IMG/VR virus record: IMGVR_UViG_3300010232_000005 | Length of the DNA stretch: 51,263 nt | Strand: one strand, 5' to 3' | Source of the DNA: a virus | In this document: positions 17,009 to 26,440 of the stretch, one piece after another | How positions within the stretch are numbered: position 1 is the stretch's first letter | How the letters are laid out: each line of letters begins with the position of its first letter | Made by a program: the position numbers and the translations under genes | The notes under the pieces: generated by a model | What the model was told of the DNA's origin: nothing | Seen by the model: the letters and a program-made list of their open reading frames with translations, nothing else | Database searches by the model: none

Positions 17009-17050
17009 ATCTACCTATTGGGGGTGGGGGTACATAAGTGTAACGGTGTC
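16994..17050 (-). promoter_or_regulatory. MVRHT promoter/start module, copy 2
   Basis: ggtgtgtcgcaccat...gtacataagtgtaacggtgtcc. Confidence 0.7.
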
Positions 17051-17059
17051 CGACAAGAT

Positions 17060-17500
17060 TTAGCCTTGAACCGTACGCGACCGGGATTCGAAGGCGACGG
17101 CTATTTCGTGAACGTACGCACCGAAGGCGTCGTCGTCTAACGGCGATATGTCTTGGAAAATCATGCGGTCGTGGTCCCCCGGCGTATCCGGCCGCTTCCG
17201 GTTTTCTTCGATTATCCGCCGGAATTCGTCGAACATGGCGTCGCGGCGGTCTTCCGTCGACGCCTTTAGTTCGATGAAAACCACGCTATCTATGTCTTGA
17301 CTTGCCATGAATAGGTCGGCGTAGTCGATCCCAAGCGGGTTCGTTATCGACATTTCGACGTAGTCGTACGTCCCCAAATCCCGCCCCTTGCCGATAGTGT
17401 CGCTTTTGGCGATTATCGTTCGGGTATCGTTAATCGACCATTCGGTATCGACAAGCGACACCAATTCGTCGGCCATGTTCGTTTCGGGTTGCGTCGACAT
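17060..17500 (-). CDS. Head-tail joining / tail terminator protein (by position)
   Basis: 146 aa in the connector block. Confidence 0.45.
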   Translation of the reverse strand: MSTQPETNMADELVSLVDTEWSINDTRTIIAKSDTIGKGRDLGTYDYVEMSITNPLGIDYADLFMASQDIDSVVFIELKASTEDRRDAMFDEFRRIIEENRKRPDTPGDHDRMIFQDISPLDDDAFGAYVHEIAVAFESRSRTVQG

Positions 17501-17502
17501 GG

Positions 17503-18066
17503 TTAAACATTCCCGTCGGCGAATGTAGTATCACCGGCCCGACTTACGAAGACAAAACCCGACTGTAACAAGTTCCCTTCGTCGGCGGCTTCGTCGGCGA
17601 CAATATCTTGCGACGTTTGAAACGCGAAGTCGAAGGTGTCTTCGAATATCTTCTGGGCGGCGTTTATGTCGTCGGTGCCTTCGTACGCCTCGGCGAATTG
17701 GCTTGCCGCTTGCTTCGCCGCTTCGAACCCCCGCCGAAGGAAGAATACGCCGTCGGTGCCGGTGTCGGCTATCGACATGACGACTACCCACGCGACGGCG
17801 TCTTTGTGTTCGTCGGAATTGGGGGCGAAGTCGGGGTCGCCTTCTAACGGGACTTGCTTCAAGCCTTGGTCTAGATCGGCCCATTTCCGACCGACCCATT
17901 CTCGAAGGGGATCGAACGGCGGCGACGTGCCGGCGTACGACGTCGGAAATTCCACATAGCCCGCATAATCCGCCGTGTACCCCACCTTGGCGACGACGTC
18001 TAAGTTTTCGAAAAGTTGGTCTAACTTCCCCGTGTCGAAATTGATCGTTACGTTCGCGTCGGCCAT
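17503..18066 (-). CDS. Head-tail adaptor/neck protein (by position)
   Basis: The start was moved to ATG 18066 (MADANVTINFD), just after the upstream stop at 18069. Confidence 0.45.
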   Translation of the reverse strand: MADANVTINFDTGKLDQLFENLDVVAKVGYTADYAGYVEFPTSYAGTSPPFDPLREWVGRKWADLDQGLKQVPLEGDPDFAPNSDEHKDAVAWVVVMSIADTGTDGVFFLRRGFEAAKQAASQFAEAYEGTDDINAAQKIFEDTFDFAFQTSQDIVADEAADEGNLLQSGFVFVSRAGDTTFADGNV

Positions 18067-18068
18067 TC

Positions 18069-18896
18069 TTACGGTCGTTCGTAATCCCGAAGGGTTTCCT
18101 TGGCTTCTTGCCGCCAATCCGACGCGGCTTCGGATAACGACGGCGTGTCGCCCGACTGGTTCGGCACTAACTCCCCGTATTGATCCGACCCGATCAACCG
18201 TGCGGCCGTCATTAGGGCGACGGCGTCGGTAATGTCGCCCGGCACCGCCGTCGATAGCTGATACGGGGCTAACAAATCCGGTTCCGACGACGGCTGCGGG
18301 TCGACGCCGAAGGTGTACGTGACGCGAACCCGTGCGTCTTCTATGTCCAACCCGCCCATTGATCCCGTTCCCGTCGGCACGAATAGGCTAACGTCGGGGC
18401 GAATGATTCCCTTGCGTTCGTCGACGATATACGACCCGTCTTCGCGCCCTTCGTCGGCTGAAATGTCGTTCGTCAACCGGGGATTAAGCACGACGGCCGA
18501 TTCGACGTCGACGACGTGATTGTGTGGAAGGTCGCCGAAGCCGCGACGCCCCGCGTGCGTTCGAACGCGGGGGATCGTGCCGTGCCCGGCCCGGCGGGAT
18601 CGGCGGCGGTGTCGGCCCCGCTTCGTTTCGTGGTCGAATTGTATCCGCACTTCGTAATCGGACACCCGGCGGCGTCGCCATGCCCGTTTCGTCGTCTTGT
18701 CGGCCCGTTCGCTAAACCGGGCGATAAGGTCGACGATTTGTTCCTTCGTCAAAATACCGGGTTCGTTCGCACCGACGTCGGAAGCGGTGTCGGGTAGGTC
18801 GGAATACCGCTTGTTACGAATATGAGTGAAAACGTCGTTCGCCGTCGCATACACGACGTCGGTATCGACTAATTCGGATTCGATAGCCTTCGCCAT
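18069..18896 (-). CDS. Head-tail connector protein (by position)
   Basis: 275 aa downstream of the capsid gene. Confidence 0.45.
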   Translation of the reverse strand: MAKAIESELVDTDVVYATANDVFTHIRNKRYSDLPDTASDVGANEPGILTKEQIVDLIARFSERADKTTKRAWRRRRVSDYEVRIQFDHETKRGRHRRRSRRAGHGTIPRVRTHAGRRGFGDLPHNHVVDVESAVVLNPRLTNDISADEGREDGSYIVDERKGIIRPDVSLFVPTGTGSMGGLDIEDARVRVTYTFGVDPQPSSEPDLLAPYQLSTAVPGDITDAVALMTAARLIGSDQYGELVPNQSGDTPSLSEAASDWRQEAKETLRDYERP

Positions 18897-18992
18897 ACAC
18901 GCCGGTCGGTCGTGTGGGTACTTAGTGATTCCCGTCGGGAAAACGAAGGTGCGGGTCGTCGGTTTTCTTAGTCTTCGAAGGCGATTCCCCGA

Positions 18993-19232
18993 CTATTGGC
19001 CGATTACAAGCACGAAGACGGTGTCGCCACCCGTGCCCGTGATCGTCGCTTGCGACGTGCCGCGTGCCGACCACCCGGCGTCGCCCGATTCGCCCGATAC
19101 GATTAGGACGGGGGCGGTGTCGTACGTTTCGTCGTACGATAGTGTGGTCGACCCGCCGTCGGTCGTCACTTCGTGGTATTCGACGTTTCCCCCTTCGTGG
19201 GTGGGGTCGCCGAACGCATTTTTCAGTTCCAT
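18993..19232 (-). CDS. Small head-associated protein (possible decoration protein)
   Basis: 79-aa acidic ORF immediately downstream of the capsid gene. Confidence 0.45.
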   Translation of the reverse strand: MELKNAFGDPTHEGGNVEYHEVTTDGGSTTLSYDETYDTAPVLIVSGESGDAGWSARGTSQATITGTGGDTVFVLVIGQ

Positions 19233-19238
19233 GCTTTG

Positions 19239-20459
19239 CTAGTTCAGGTTGTACTGATAGCGGATTCGTTCGGTAGACGACACGGCGAGCGTGCCGTACG
19301 AATCGACCGCGACGTCTTCCTCCGGTGCGGTTCGCGCAAGCGGGTGAAGCGTCGCGTCTTGAAGCATGGGCATGACGACTTCGGACATGTCGACCGTCGC
19401 CATTAGGCGGTTGTTGTCCGTGTTCGGGCACCCGTGCGTTTCGACAACCGGCGTGCCGTCGATGTTCAGTGCTTGGAACCCGAAGTTAAGTTCGTCACCC
19501 GGCGATTCGTACCGAAGCACGTCGTCGACGGCGTCTTTCAGGTTCCCGAAAGACGTGTGATCCGTAAGGGTCACAATGTCGTCGTATTGTGCCCCCCGCC
19601 GACGAAGGAATTCGATGTTTTCGCGGACCATTGCGGTCGACGCGTCGTTCCCCGCTTCGTCGATTAGCTGGTCGCCTTCGTTCCGCACAAGGTCGGGAAG
19701 CCCCGACCACCCTTCGGTATCGAAGCCGCCGAAGTTGGTCGCCGACCCGTCGCCGCGAATCGCTTGGTTTTCTTCGTAGTACCGTTGCGACCGCATGAGG
19801 GCTTCCTCGGTAATCGCTTGCGACGACCGAAGGGTTTGGGCCGAAAGTTGCAGGAAGTCGGTGACGGACGTTTGGCGACCGTACGGAAGCACGTTGTACG
19901 TGTGCGTGTCGTACGTGTCGTCTTTTTCCGCCCACGTTTCCTTATTGCCGGCGTTCGTCCCCGGTTCGTAGAACCGTTCCGACGCCCCGTGGTCGGTTTG
20001 TTCGTCGACCTTGTAGGTTTCTTCTTGAATTGCGACGCGGGCGACCATGTCGGCGAACGGCGTTTGTCGTTCGTCGGTGATCGTCACGTCGGGCGACACG
20101 AAGATGGGAAGGCTAAACGACGACCGGCCGATAGCCTTCGACACTTCTTGCGACGCCTTCCAGATCGACGCACCTTGCCGGATTTGTTCGTTGAACGCCG
20201 AAAACGCGGCACCCCACACTTCGTCGTACATTCCTTTCCGAAGGTCGACCGGCTTGCCCCCGGTTTGGAATCCCATTGGGTCGGCGTATAACACTTCGTC
20301 ACCCGGAAGGTCGGTCTTTTCGGCGACGTCTTGCATGAAGCCACCGAACGCGGCTTCGTGTGCTTCGGTTTGTTCCTTCTTGCTGATTGTTTGGCCCTTC
20401 GACGTCGACGCACGGGCGGCCGTCGACTTCGTTCGCGTCTCCGGGTAGTCGTCACGCAT
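19239..20459 (-). CDS. Major capsid protein (HK97-fold by synteny)
   Basis: 406 aa with a TAATG overlap to the protease/scaffold gene. It sits in the canonical portal-protease-capsid order. Confidence 0.7.
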   Translation of the reverse strand: MRDDYPETRTKSTAARASTSKGQTISKKEQTEAHEAAFGGFMQDVAEKTDLPGDEVLYADPMGFQTGGKPVDLRKGMYDEVWGAAFSAFNEQIRQGASIWKASQEVSKAIGRSSFSLPIFVSPDVTITDERQTPFADMVARVAIQEETYKVDEQTDHGASERFYEPGTNAGNKETWAEKDDTYDTHTYNVLPYGRQTSVTDFLQLSAQTLRSSQAITEEALMRSQRYYEENQAIRGDGSATNFGGFDTEGWSGLPDLVRNEGDQLIDEAGNDASTAMVRENIEFLRRRGAQYDDIVTLTDHTSFGNLKDAVDDVLRYESPGDELNFGFQALNIDGTPVVETHGCPNTDNNRLMATVDMSEVVMPMLQDATLHPLARTAPEEDVAVDSYGTLAVSSTERIRYQYNLN

Positions 20460-22216
20460 TAGCTACCACCACCCGAAAGCCGCACGTTTCCTTCGACGCC
20501 CGTGCCTTCCGACTTCGACACGCCGGTATCGTTCGCGTCGTCGACGACACCGGAATAGTCTTCGTCGGGAAGGTCGGCGTCGACACCGGATTCGGCGTCA
20601 CCGGCACCGACCTGTTCACGAAGTCCCTTCCGCACGACTTCGGGGTCGTCGGCGTCGTCGACGCCCGCGACCGCCGCGACCGCTTCGTTCGCGGCTTCCT
20701 TGGCGACCGACTTCATGCGCTCGTTTTCCGGTACGTCGTCGTCGACGTCGCCGTCGTCGATCCGGTCGTTCGGCACGTCGTCGCCGACGGCCGATTTAAG
20801 CGCGTCGACTTCGTCTTCGACGTCCGTTAGCCGGTCGTCGAAGTCGTCGACCTTTTCGTCGACGCCTTTCACCATGCTTTTCAGTTCGTCGATACCGTCG
20901 GCGACGTCGTCGCCGCCGTCGGCACCGTCGTTCGATCCGCCGTCATTCGTGCCCCCGTCGTCGGGGGTGTCGTCGTTCGTCATGTTTTCGTTTGTGTCGT
21001 CGGGTTGGTCTTTCGTCGATTCTTCGACGTCGTCTTCGTCGTCACCGTCGTTTTCGTCGGCTTCGGGTTCCGGCGGTTCGTCACCGCCGCCGTCGCCCAT
21101 GCTTTCCTCAAGCATAGACGCCGTATCCCGAAGCACGTCGACGACCATAGCCGCGTCTTCGTCGGGGATTTCCGCCTTCGATACCCCGTCTTGAACCCGG
21201 TCGGCAAGGGTCGCGGTCGGCGTGTCCGACTTATACGCGGCTTGTAATGCGTTCTTCATGTCGCTGTTCCGTTCCGACCCCGTCGCGTCGACGCCCTTTG
21301 CCGTCGCCGAAAGTTCGGCTTTCAATTCGCCGACGTCGACGGCGTTTGCCCCGCCGTAAATGGAAAACCCGGACAGTTCGCCGGCTTTCACGCGTTCCCA
21401 TTCGTCGTCGACGAACCGTTTGCCGATTACCCATGTGCCTTCGGGGTAGGTGACGGTGCCGCCGTCGGGTAAGTCGAATTCCTGTTCCTCTTTAAGAATC
21501 CAACTTTCGACGGGCACGCCCGCGCCGTCTTCTAAATCATGGTCGGAATCCATTTTCCGGTATTCCGCCATGTATTCGTGTGCGGCACGTTCGACGACGT
21601 ACGGCGGGATAACGTCACCCTGCTTATCGACGTCGTTCGGGATAAGCACGGCCGCGTATGCGATTTGCCGTTCGCCGTCGTCGTTTTCTTCCCGCACGTC
21701 GACGTCGGCGGCTTTCGACCGATTCCGCCATTCGTCGGCGTCGAAGTCGTCGGGTAGCCCGGCCAATTCCGATTCGATATTGGGCGGATCGTCGACGTCG
21801 TCTTCGGGTACACAATCGGGCACTTCGCCGGACCCGTTTGGGTTCGGCTTCGTGCCGACCATTACCCACCCGTCTTCGCACGGGTCTTCGCCTTTCACAC
21901 ACGAACCACACGGTGCCCCGTCGGTCGGAAACACGTACGGGCGTTCGGCTTCCGCCGCCTTCCGGCGGGGTGTATCGGCGTCTTTGAACAGTAACCATTC
22001 CGAATCTTGCGCCGGTCGGTCGACCGACGACACGAATTCGGTGGTTAATCCCGTTAGTACCGTTTCAGCGTTCGGGTCGCTAAGGGCGTCTTTGGCATGG
22101 TCTTCCAACCACGCGCAAAATGCTTCGGGGTCTTCCTTATCCTGATTTTCCCGTACGCAACCGTCGAAGTCGTCGAACCCCGCGAACGGCTTGCTTACGG
22201 GTTGTGCTTTACTCAT
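20459..22216 (-). CDS. Prohead protease (XkdF-like) fused to an acidic scaffold-like C-terminus
   Basis: AAVLIPNDVDKQGDVIPPYVVERAAHEYM...DSDHD...GTWVIGKRFVDDEWERVKAGELSGFSIYG matches the XkdF pattern. The C-terminal 250 aa are D/E-rich and coiled-coil-like. Confidence 0.65.
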   Translation of the reverse strand: MSKAQPVSKPFAGFDDFDGCVRENQDKEDPEAFCAWLEDHAKDALSDPNAETVLTGLTTEFVSSVDRPAQDSEWLLFKDADTPRRKAAEAERPYVFPTDGAPCGSCVKGEDPCEDGWVMVGTKPNPNGSGEVPDCVPEDDVDDPPNIESELAGLPDDFDADEWRNRSKAADVDVREENDDGERQIAYAAVLIPNDVDKQGDVIPPYVVERAAHEYMAEYRKMDSDHDLEDGAGVPVESWILKEEQEFDLPDGGTVTYPEGTWVIGKRFVDDEWERVKAGELSGFSIYGGANAVDVGELKAELSATAKGVDATGSERNSDMKNALQAAYKSDTPTATLADRVQDGVSKAEIPDEDAAMVVDVLRDTASMLEESMGDGGGDEPPEPEADENDGDDEDDVEESTKDQPDDTNENMTNDDTPDDGGTNDGGSNDGADGGDDVADGIDELKSMVKGVDEKVDDFDDRLTDVEDEVDALKSAVGDDVPNDRIDDGDVDDDVPENERMKSVAKEAANEAVAAVAGVDDADDPEVVRKGLREQVGAGDAESGVDADLPDEDYSGVVDDANDTGVSKSEGTGVEGNVRLSGGGS

Positions 22217-22506
22217 GCGACCCTACAATCGTTAAAAAACACCTACTGGCATTAATGTATACTTGCGTTTACCGTTCGTAGTTGGGTAAACGGTACACGT
22301 CGAAAGGGAATGTGGAAAGGTGGGGTGGGGGTGGATTGCCGCGTACCTCTGACATTCCCGCAAGGGAAGCGACACCGACGTCGTGCCGGTGAAAGCGACC
22401 GTGTGGGGAGAACGGAATTAAGGGCGACACACCTAACCCGTTCCCGGTCGCGGCGGCGGTATGCCGCCGGGTGATTTTTCCAATCGAATATGTAAAAGCG
22501 TGCCGC
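22217..22506 (-). other. 290-nt non-coding spacer between portal and protease genes (promoter plus structured leader or ncRNA candidate)
   Basis: No credible ORF. A consensus promoter lies at 22492-22506. An 8-bp stem pairs gggaatgt (22306-22313) with acattccc (22352-22359). A hairpin cggcgg-tatg-ccgccg (22454-22469) lies next to a T5/A5 run (22475-22479). Confidence 0.5.
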
Positions 22507-25080
22507 TTAGAGAACGCCGTCTAATCGGTCTTCGTATTTATTCCGGTAGCGGTATAACGTCGGCTTCGATAGTAACCCGTTCGCTTTGTGGTCGTAATTC
22601 GGCGACGCTTTAAGCCGTCGGTCTATCGCACGCTTCGCCCCTTCGACCGCACCGTCGGATTCGTCGAACGCCCGGCGAAGCACTTGTCGAATGTCTTCAC
22701 CTAATGCTTGTTCGATTTCCCGTTCCCGTGACGACCGACTTTTGATGTATTCGCCGATCCCGCCGACGACGTCGGCGTACGATTCGGCGTCGGCGTCGTG
22801 GTCGGACTTACACGACGCTTTGTTGAATTCGTTGGCACCGGGGACGTCGACGTCTATATCGACGTCGGCGGCTGCGTCGCGCACGAAGGTCTTCCGACAA
22901 TTGATGTGCGGGACGTGCCGGCGGAATTGAAGGTCGGGGAAGTGATAGTTAGACGCTTCCCGTTCAAGGCGCACAAGCGTCTTCATGTCGACGCTTTCGC
23001 CGGGGTAATTGTCGAAGGCTTCCGGCGTCCCCGACGCCGACCCCGTCGCTATCATTAGGTCTTCGCATAGTTGGGTCGTACGCGAATCTTCGGACCCTTG
23101 CCAATAGAATCGGAAGCGGTCGGCGTCTTCGCGGCTTTCGTACCCGACTTCGCGGGCTTCGTTAAGCACCGACGTCGTTTCCGTCCGGGCGACTGTTTCG
23201 AGGGCTTCGTCGTCGACGCCGGGGAACGCGTCGGAAAGACGGTCGGTAATAGAATCAAGCGACCACCCTTGCGGTTGGGTAAGCGAATCCCGCAAGGTGT
23301 CTTCTAAGGTTTCCCGAAGCGTTCCGGGGACCGATTGTATTTGATCGAATATCGCACCCCGGTCTATGGATTCTAAGACACCTTCGCGCACGTATTCCGG
23401 CACTTCGTCGTCGCGGTTCCATGCCCGCTTTTCTATGTCGTCGACGGAATCGGGTTGGATTTGCGACTTGTGTGCGTCGATTAGCGACCGTTCGTATGCC
23501 GCCCATTCGTCGTCGGATAGTGCCGCGACGACGCCGTCGCCACTATTCCCGTTTCCCGTATCACCCGCACCGTCGGCGGTTTGAAGGTCGGCCATTTGGT
23601 CAACGTCGGCTTCGTCGACGGGGACGAACGTGCCGGTGTTCGTGTTCTTGAAGCCTTCGACGCCGTCTTCGACCGCAAGTTCCCAGTGGGACGCCTTGTC
23701 GACCGACGCGAATATCCCACCCATATCGCCCCCGTCGTCTTCCGACGGTGTAATTTCGCCGTCTTCGACGACTAACCGACCGTCGCGGAACGACACCGTT
23801 GCTTCGGAATCTTCTAACGCCGTCGCCATTTCTTGCCCGGCTTCGGCTTGTTCGCGGATTAGCGACGCCCGCGTTTCCCGTTCTTCGGGGGTTTGTTCGC
23901 GTTCGAATTCGAAGACGACGTCGTCGCTAATGTCCGTCCATACCAATTGCCGGTTAAGCGATTCTTCTAACTGTTGCAGGGTGACGCGGAAGCCCCGTTG
24001 CTTGAACGCTTCCCTTTGGGATTTGTCGGTCGCCCGATTCACGTTTTCGAAGTCGAATCCTGCGTACGACGGATTGACTTTGAAGACCGACCCCAAGACC
24101 GTTACCCAATACTTCGACCGTTGTAATATCTGTAATTCCTGATAGTTCGCGGTGATCGGTTCGAACGCGACCGGGATTTTCGAATAGCCGACGCGGTGCC
24201 GTTCGCCTTCGTCTAGCTGCATTTGTTCGACGAAGGTATCCCAATCTTCGTCGGGGACCGTGCCACCGAATTCGTCGTTATAGTCGGGGGAAATGACGCC
24301 GGGATTCGAACCGGCGATAAGGTCTAAGCGTTCTTTTTCGGCAAGTTCTTCGACTAATTCGACTTCGTTTTGTGACTTTTCTAACGGGCCTTGCCCGTAA
24401 TGGCGGTCGGGGCGAATCGACCATGAAAACCACACGACTTCGTCGGTGTCGAATTTGTTAGCGACGTCCCGGTTCCGACGGCTAGCCTGAATGTACGAAT
24501 CGGTGATACCGAAGTCGTCGACTTGCTTAAACATGGTCGACGAATCGACGACGACGGCTTCGGCAAGGTCGTTCGTCCCTTCGTAATAGTGCTTTACCCA
24601 TGTCGCGTCGCCCAATTCTAACAGTATCCGGGACGTTCCTTCTAAGACGTCGTGAAATGGCAATTCCGGGTGTATGCTTCTAAGGTCGCGTTCGTATTCC
24701 GCTAACTTCGCGTCTGAAATAGTCGCGTCTTCGTCGCGTGCCCTTAGCGTCCATGACGCCGACGCGACGTCTTGGGAAAGGGTGTCGATATAGGCTTGAA
24801 CGACGGCGTTTGCCGACAAGTCCCGAAGGAATAGCGGGTCGTACGGCTTTCGCATACCGCCGGCTTCGACGACGGATTGTTGAATTGCGGCGAAGGCTTG
24901 TGCCCGGCGGTCGACTGATTGCTTTTCGACCACGCCGTCGCCGGAATTGTATCGACGACGACGGTGTCGCCATTCCGACCGTCGCCGCGAATCGCCCGCC
25001 GTTTCGTCGGGGGATCGGTCGACACCGCCTTTCGTGACGGGCGACGCAAGCGACCGAATAAAGTTGTCAAGACGCGACAT
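22507..25080 (-). CDS. Portal protein fused to a MuF/SPP1-gp7-like head morphogenesis domain
   Basis: 857 aa. The C-terminal half contains ETVARTETTSVLNEAREVGYE...FRFYWQGSEDSRTTQLCEDL, typical of the Phage_Mu_F domain. It lies upstream of protease and capsid. Confidence 0.7.
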   Translation of the reverse strand: MSRLDNFIRSLASPVTKGGVDRSPDETAGDSRRRSEWRHRRRRYNSGDGVVEKQSVDRRAQAFAAIQQSVVEAGGMRKPYDPLFLRDLSANAVVQAYIDTLSQDVASASWTLRARDEDATISDAKLAEYERDLRSIHPELPFHDVLEGTSRILLELGDATWVKHYYEGTNDLAEAVVVDSSTMFKQVDDFGITDSYIQASRRNRDVANKFDTDEVVWFSWSIRPDRHYGQGPLEKSQNEVELVEELAEKERLDLIAGSNPGVISPDYNDEFGGTVPDEDWDTFVEQMQLDEGERHRVGYSKIPVAFEPITANYQELQILQRSKYWVTVLGSVFKVNPSYAGFDFENVNRATDKSQREAFKQRGFRVTLQQLEESLNRQLVWTDISDDVVFEFEREQTPEERETRASLIREQAEAGQEMATALEDSEATVSFRDGRLVVEDGEITPSEDDGGDMGGIFASVDKASHWELAVEDGVEGFKNTNTGTFVPVDEADVDQMADLQTADGAGDTGNGNSGDGVVAALSDDEWAAYERSLIDAHKSQIQPDSVDDIEKRAWNRDDEVPEYVREGVLESIDRGAIFDQIQSVPGTLRETLEDTLRDSLTQPQGWSLDSITDRLSDAFPGVDDEALETVARTETTSVLNEAREVGYESREDADRFRFYWQGSEDSRTTQLCEDLMIATGSASGTPEAFDNYPGESVDMKTLVRLEREASNYHFPDLQFRRHVPHINCRKTFVRDAAADVDIDVDVPGANEFNKASCKSDHDADAESYADVVGGIGEYIKSRSSREREIEQALGEDIRQVLRRAFDESDGAVEGAKRAIDRRLKASPNYDHKANGLLSKPTLYRYRNKYEDRLDGVL

Positions 25081-25121
25081 TCGTTACTCCCCTATCGAAA
25101 GGCGTCATTCATTAACCTTTG

Positions 25122-26105
25122 TCACCGCCGTTTCGCGGCGTCTTCGTCGGCGTCGCAGTCACACCGCCCGAAAATATGATAGTCGGCGGTTGGCCGGGTG
25201 GTGTCATGGTCGCGGGCGACGCGGGCGACGACGGCACGGGGGTCGCGGTTGTAATCCCGCCGCATACCCGCACACGTTTCGGCCGTTATTTCGACCGGCG
25301 GGATCGGATCGGCGTCGACGTCGTGGTCGCACTTATCCCGAAGGTGCTTGTGTGCCGTCGACGACGATATTCCATACGCTGCGGCCAGGTTGTGTACGGA
25401 AACCGTTTCGTTCCGTCGGTATGCTTCCCGCAAGTGGGCACATTCGGCCGTCTTCATGCGTTCGGTAACGGGGTTCCCACGCCGAAGCGGGTGGTCGCAC
25501 CGGCCGAAAAGGTGCTTATTGACGGCGTTCGCGGATCGGGAAAAGTCGGACATGACGTCGCGTTTCGTCGCGCCCTTTCGAAACGCCCGTCTCATATCTA
25601 AACATTCGTCGGCTTGCACACGGGGCGACGTCGTGGGATCGACGTCGGTATCGCACGCACACCTCCCTTCGGCGTGCCGGAATATCGCCGACGGGTGCTT
25701 GTCGGGGTAATCTTCGATCACTTCCGCCGTGCGGTCGGCGGCACGCATACGCTTCCGAACGGTACGACAAAATTGCAGAGTTTTCCCGGCCGAATTCGTC
25801 CCTGATTCGGGCGTGTCGCCGGCCGTGGGAAGGTCGACGACGTCGGCCGACCCATTCGACGTCGCCGATCCCGAACCACTTGTACCGTCGCGTGACGCCT
25901 TAGAATCGACGTGTGATAAGCGAAGCATAGACGGGTCGCGCCTGCCGCGTGGTACCCGCGCGAATCTAACAATCCGTTCGGCTTCGTCGTCGGATAGTCC
26001 CGACGATTCCCGCGACAAGTAGTCGACGCGGGCGGCGTCGGCGTCGGTTAGGTCGACGTCGTCAATAGCCGGCGGTATGGTCGAATCGTCGGGTTCCCCG
26101 CCCAT
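25122..26105 (-). CDS. DNA-binding protein with four tandem Cys/His-containing HTH-like repeats
   Basis: Repeats of about 52 aa: ..C..(M/L/V)R...[helix-turn-helix-like]...H(L/I/A).(G/D)(R/K)C(A/D)(C/H), x4. The start was moved to ATG 26105 (MGGEPDD), just after the upstream stop. Confidence 0.55.
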   Translation of the reverse strand: MGGEPDDSTIPPAIDDVDLTDADAARVDYLSRESSGLSDDEAERIVRFARVPRGRRDPSMLRLSHVDSKASRDGTSGSGSATSNGSADVVDLPTAGDTPESGTNSAGKTLQFCRTVRKRMRAADRTAEVIEDYPDKHPSAIFRHAEGRCACDTDVDPTTSPRVQADECLDMRRAFRKGATKRDVMSDFSRSANAVNKHLFGRCDHPLRRGNPVTERMKTAECAHLREAYRRNETVSVHNLAAAYGISSSTAHKHLRDKCDHDVDADPIPPVEITAETCAGMRRDYNRDPRAVVARVARDHDTTRPTADYHIFGRCDCDADEDAAKRR

Positions 26106-26109
26106 ACTT

Positions 26110-26397
26110 CTATAGGTCGCAATCCGGGCACGTACCGTCGATAATATCAAGGCGGTCGGCCGGCGTCATTTTCAGACATACCGAACATACTTCCGCCTTC
26201 GGGTGGTCTTCGTCGGTGCCGTCTTCGTCGAAACGGTCGACTTCCGCCGCGTGTTCGGGGCACAAGTACCGCCGCACGCCCTTCGGTAGTTCGACGAAGG
26301 TGGTCGCGTCGGCCCCGCACCGTGCCCGGTCGGTATCCGATCCCCTATCGGGTGCGAAGCAATTCGATTCTAAGTCGTCTCCTAACTCGGTAAGCAT
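26110..26397 (-). CDS. Small Cys-rich zinc-binding protein
   Basis: 95 aa with CPEH...CSVC...CPDC. A consensus promoter lies at 26420-26437. Confidence 0.55.
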   Translation of the reverse strand: MLTELGDDLESNCFAPDRGSDTDRARCGADATTFVELPKGVRRYLCPEHAAEVDRFDEDGTDEDHPKAEVCSVCLKMTPADRLDIIDGTCPDCDL

Positions 26398-26440
26398 GTC
26401 CTACCCTACAAACTGAATCGGGAAAGGCGTACCGGGGCCG

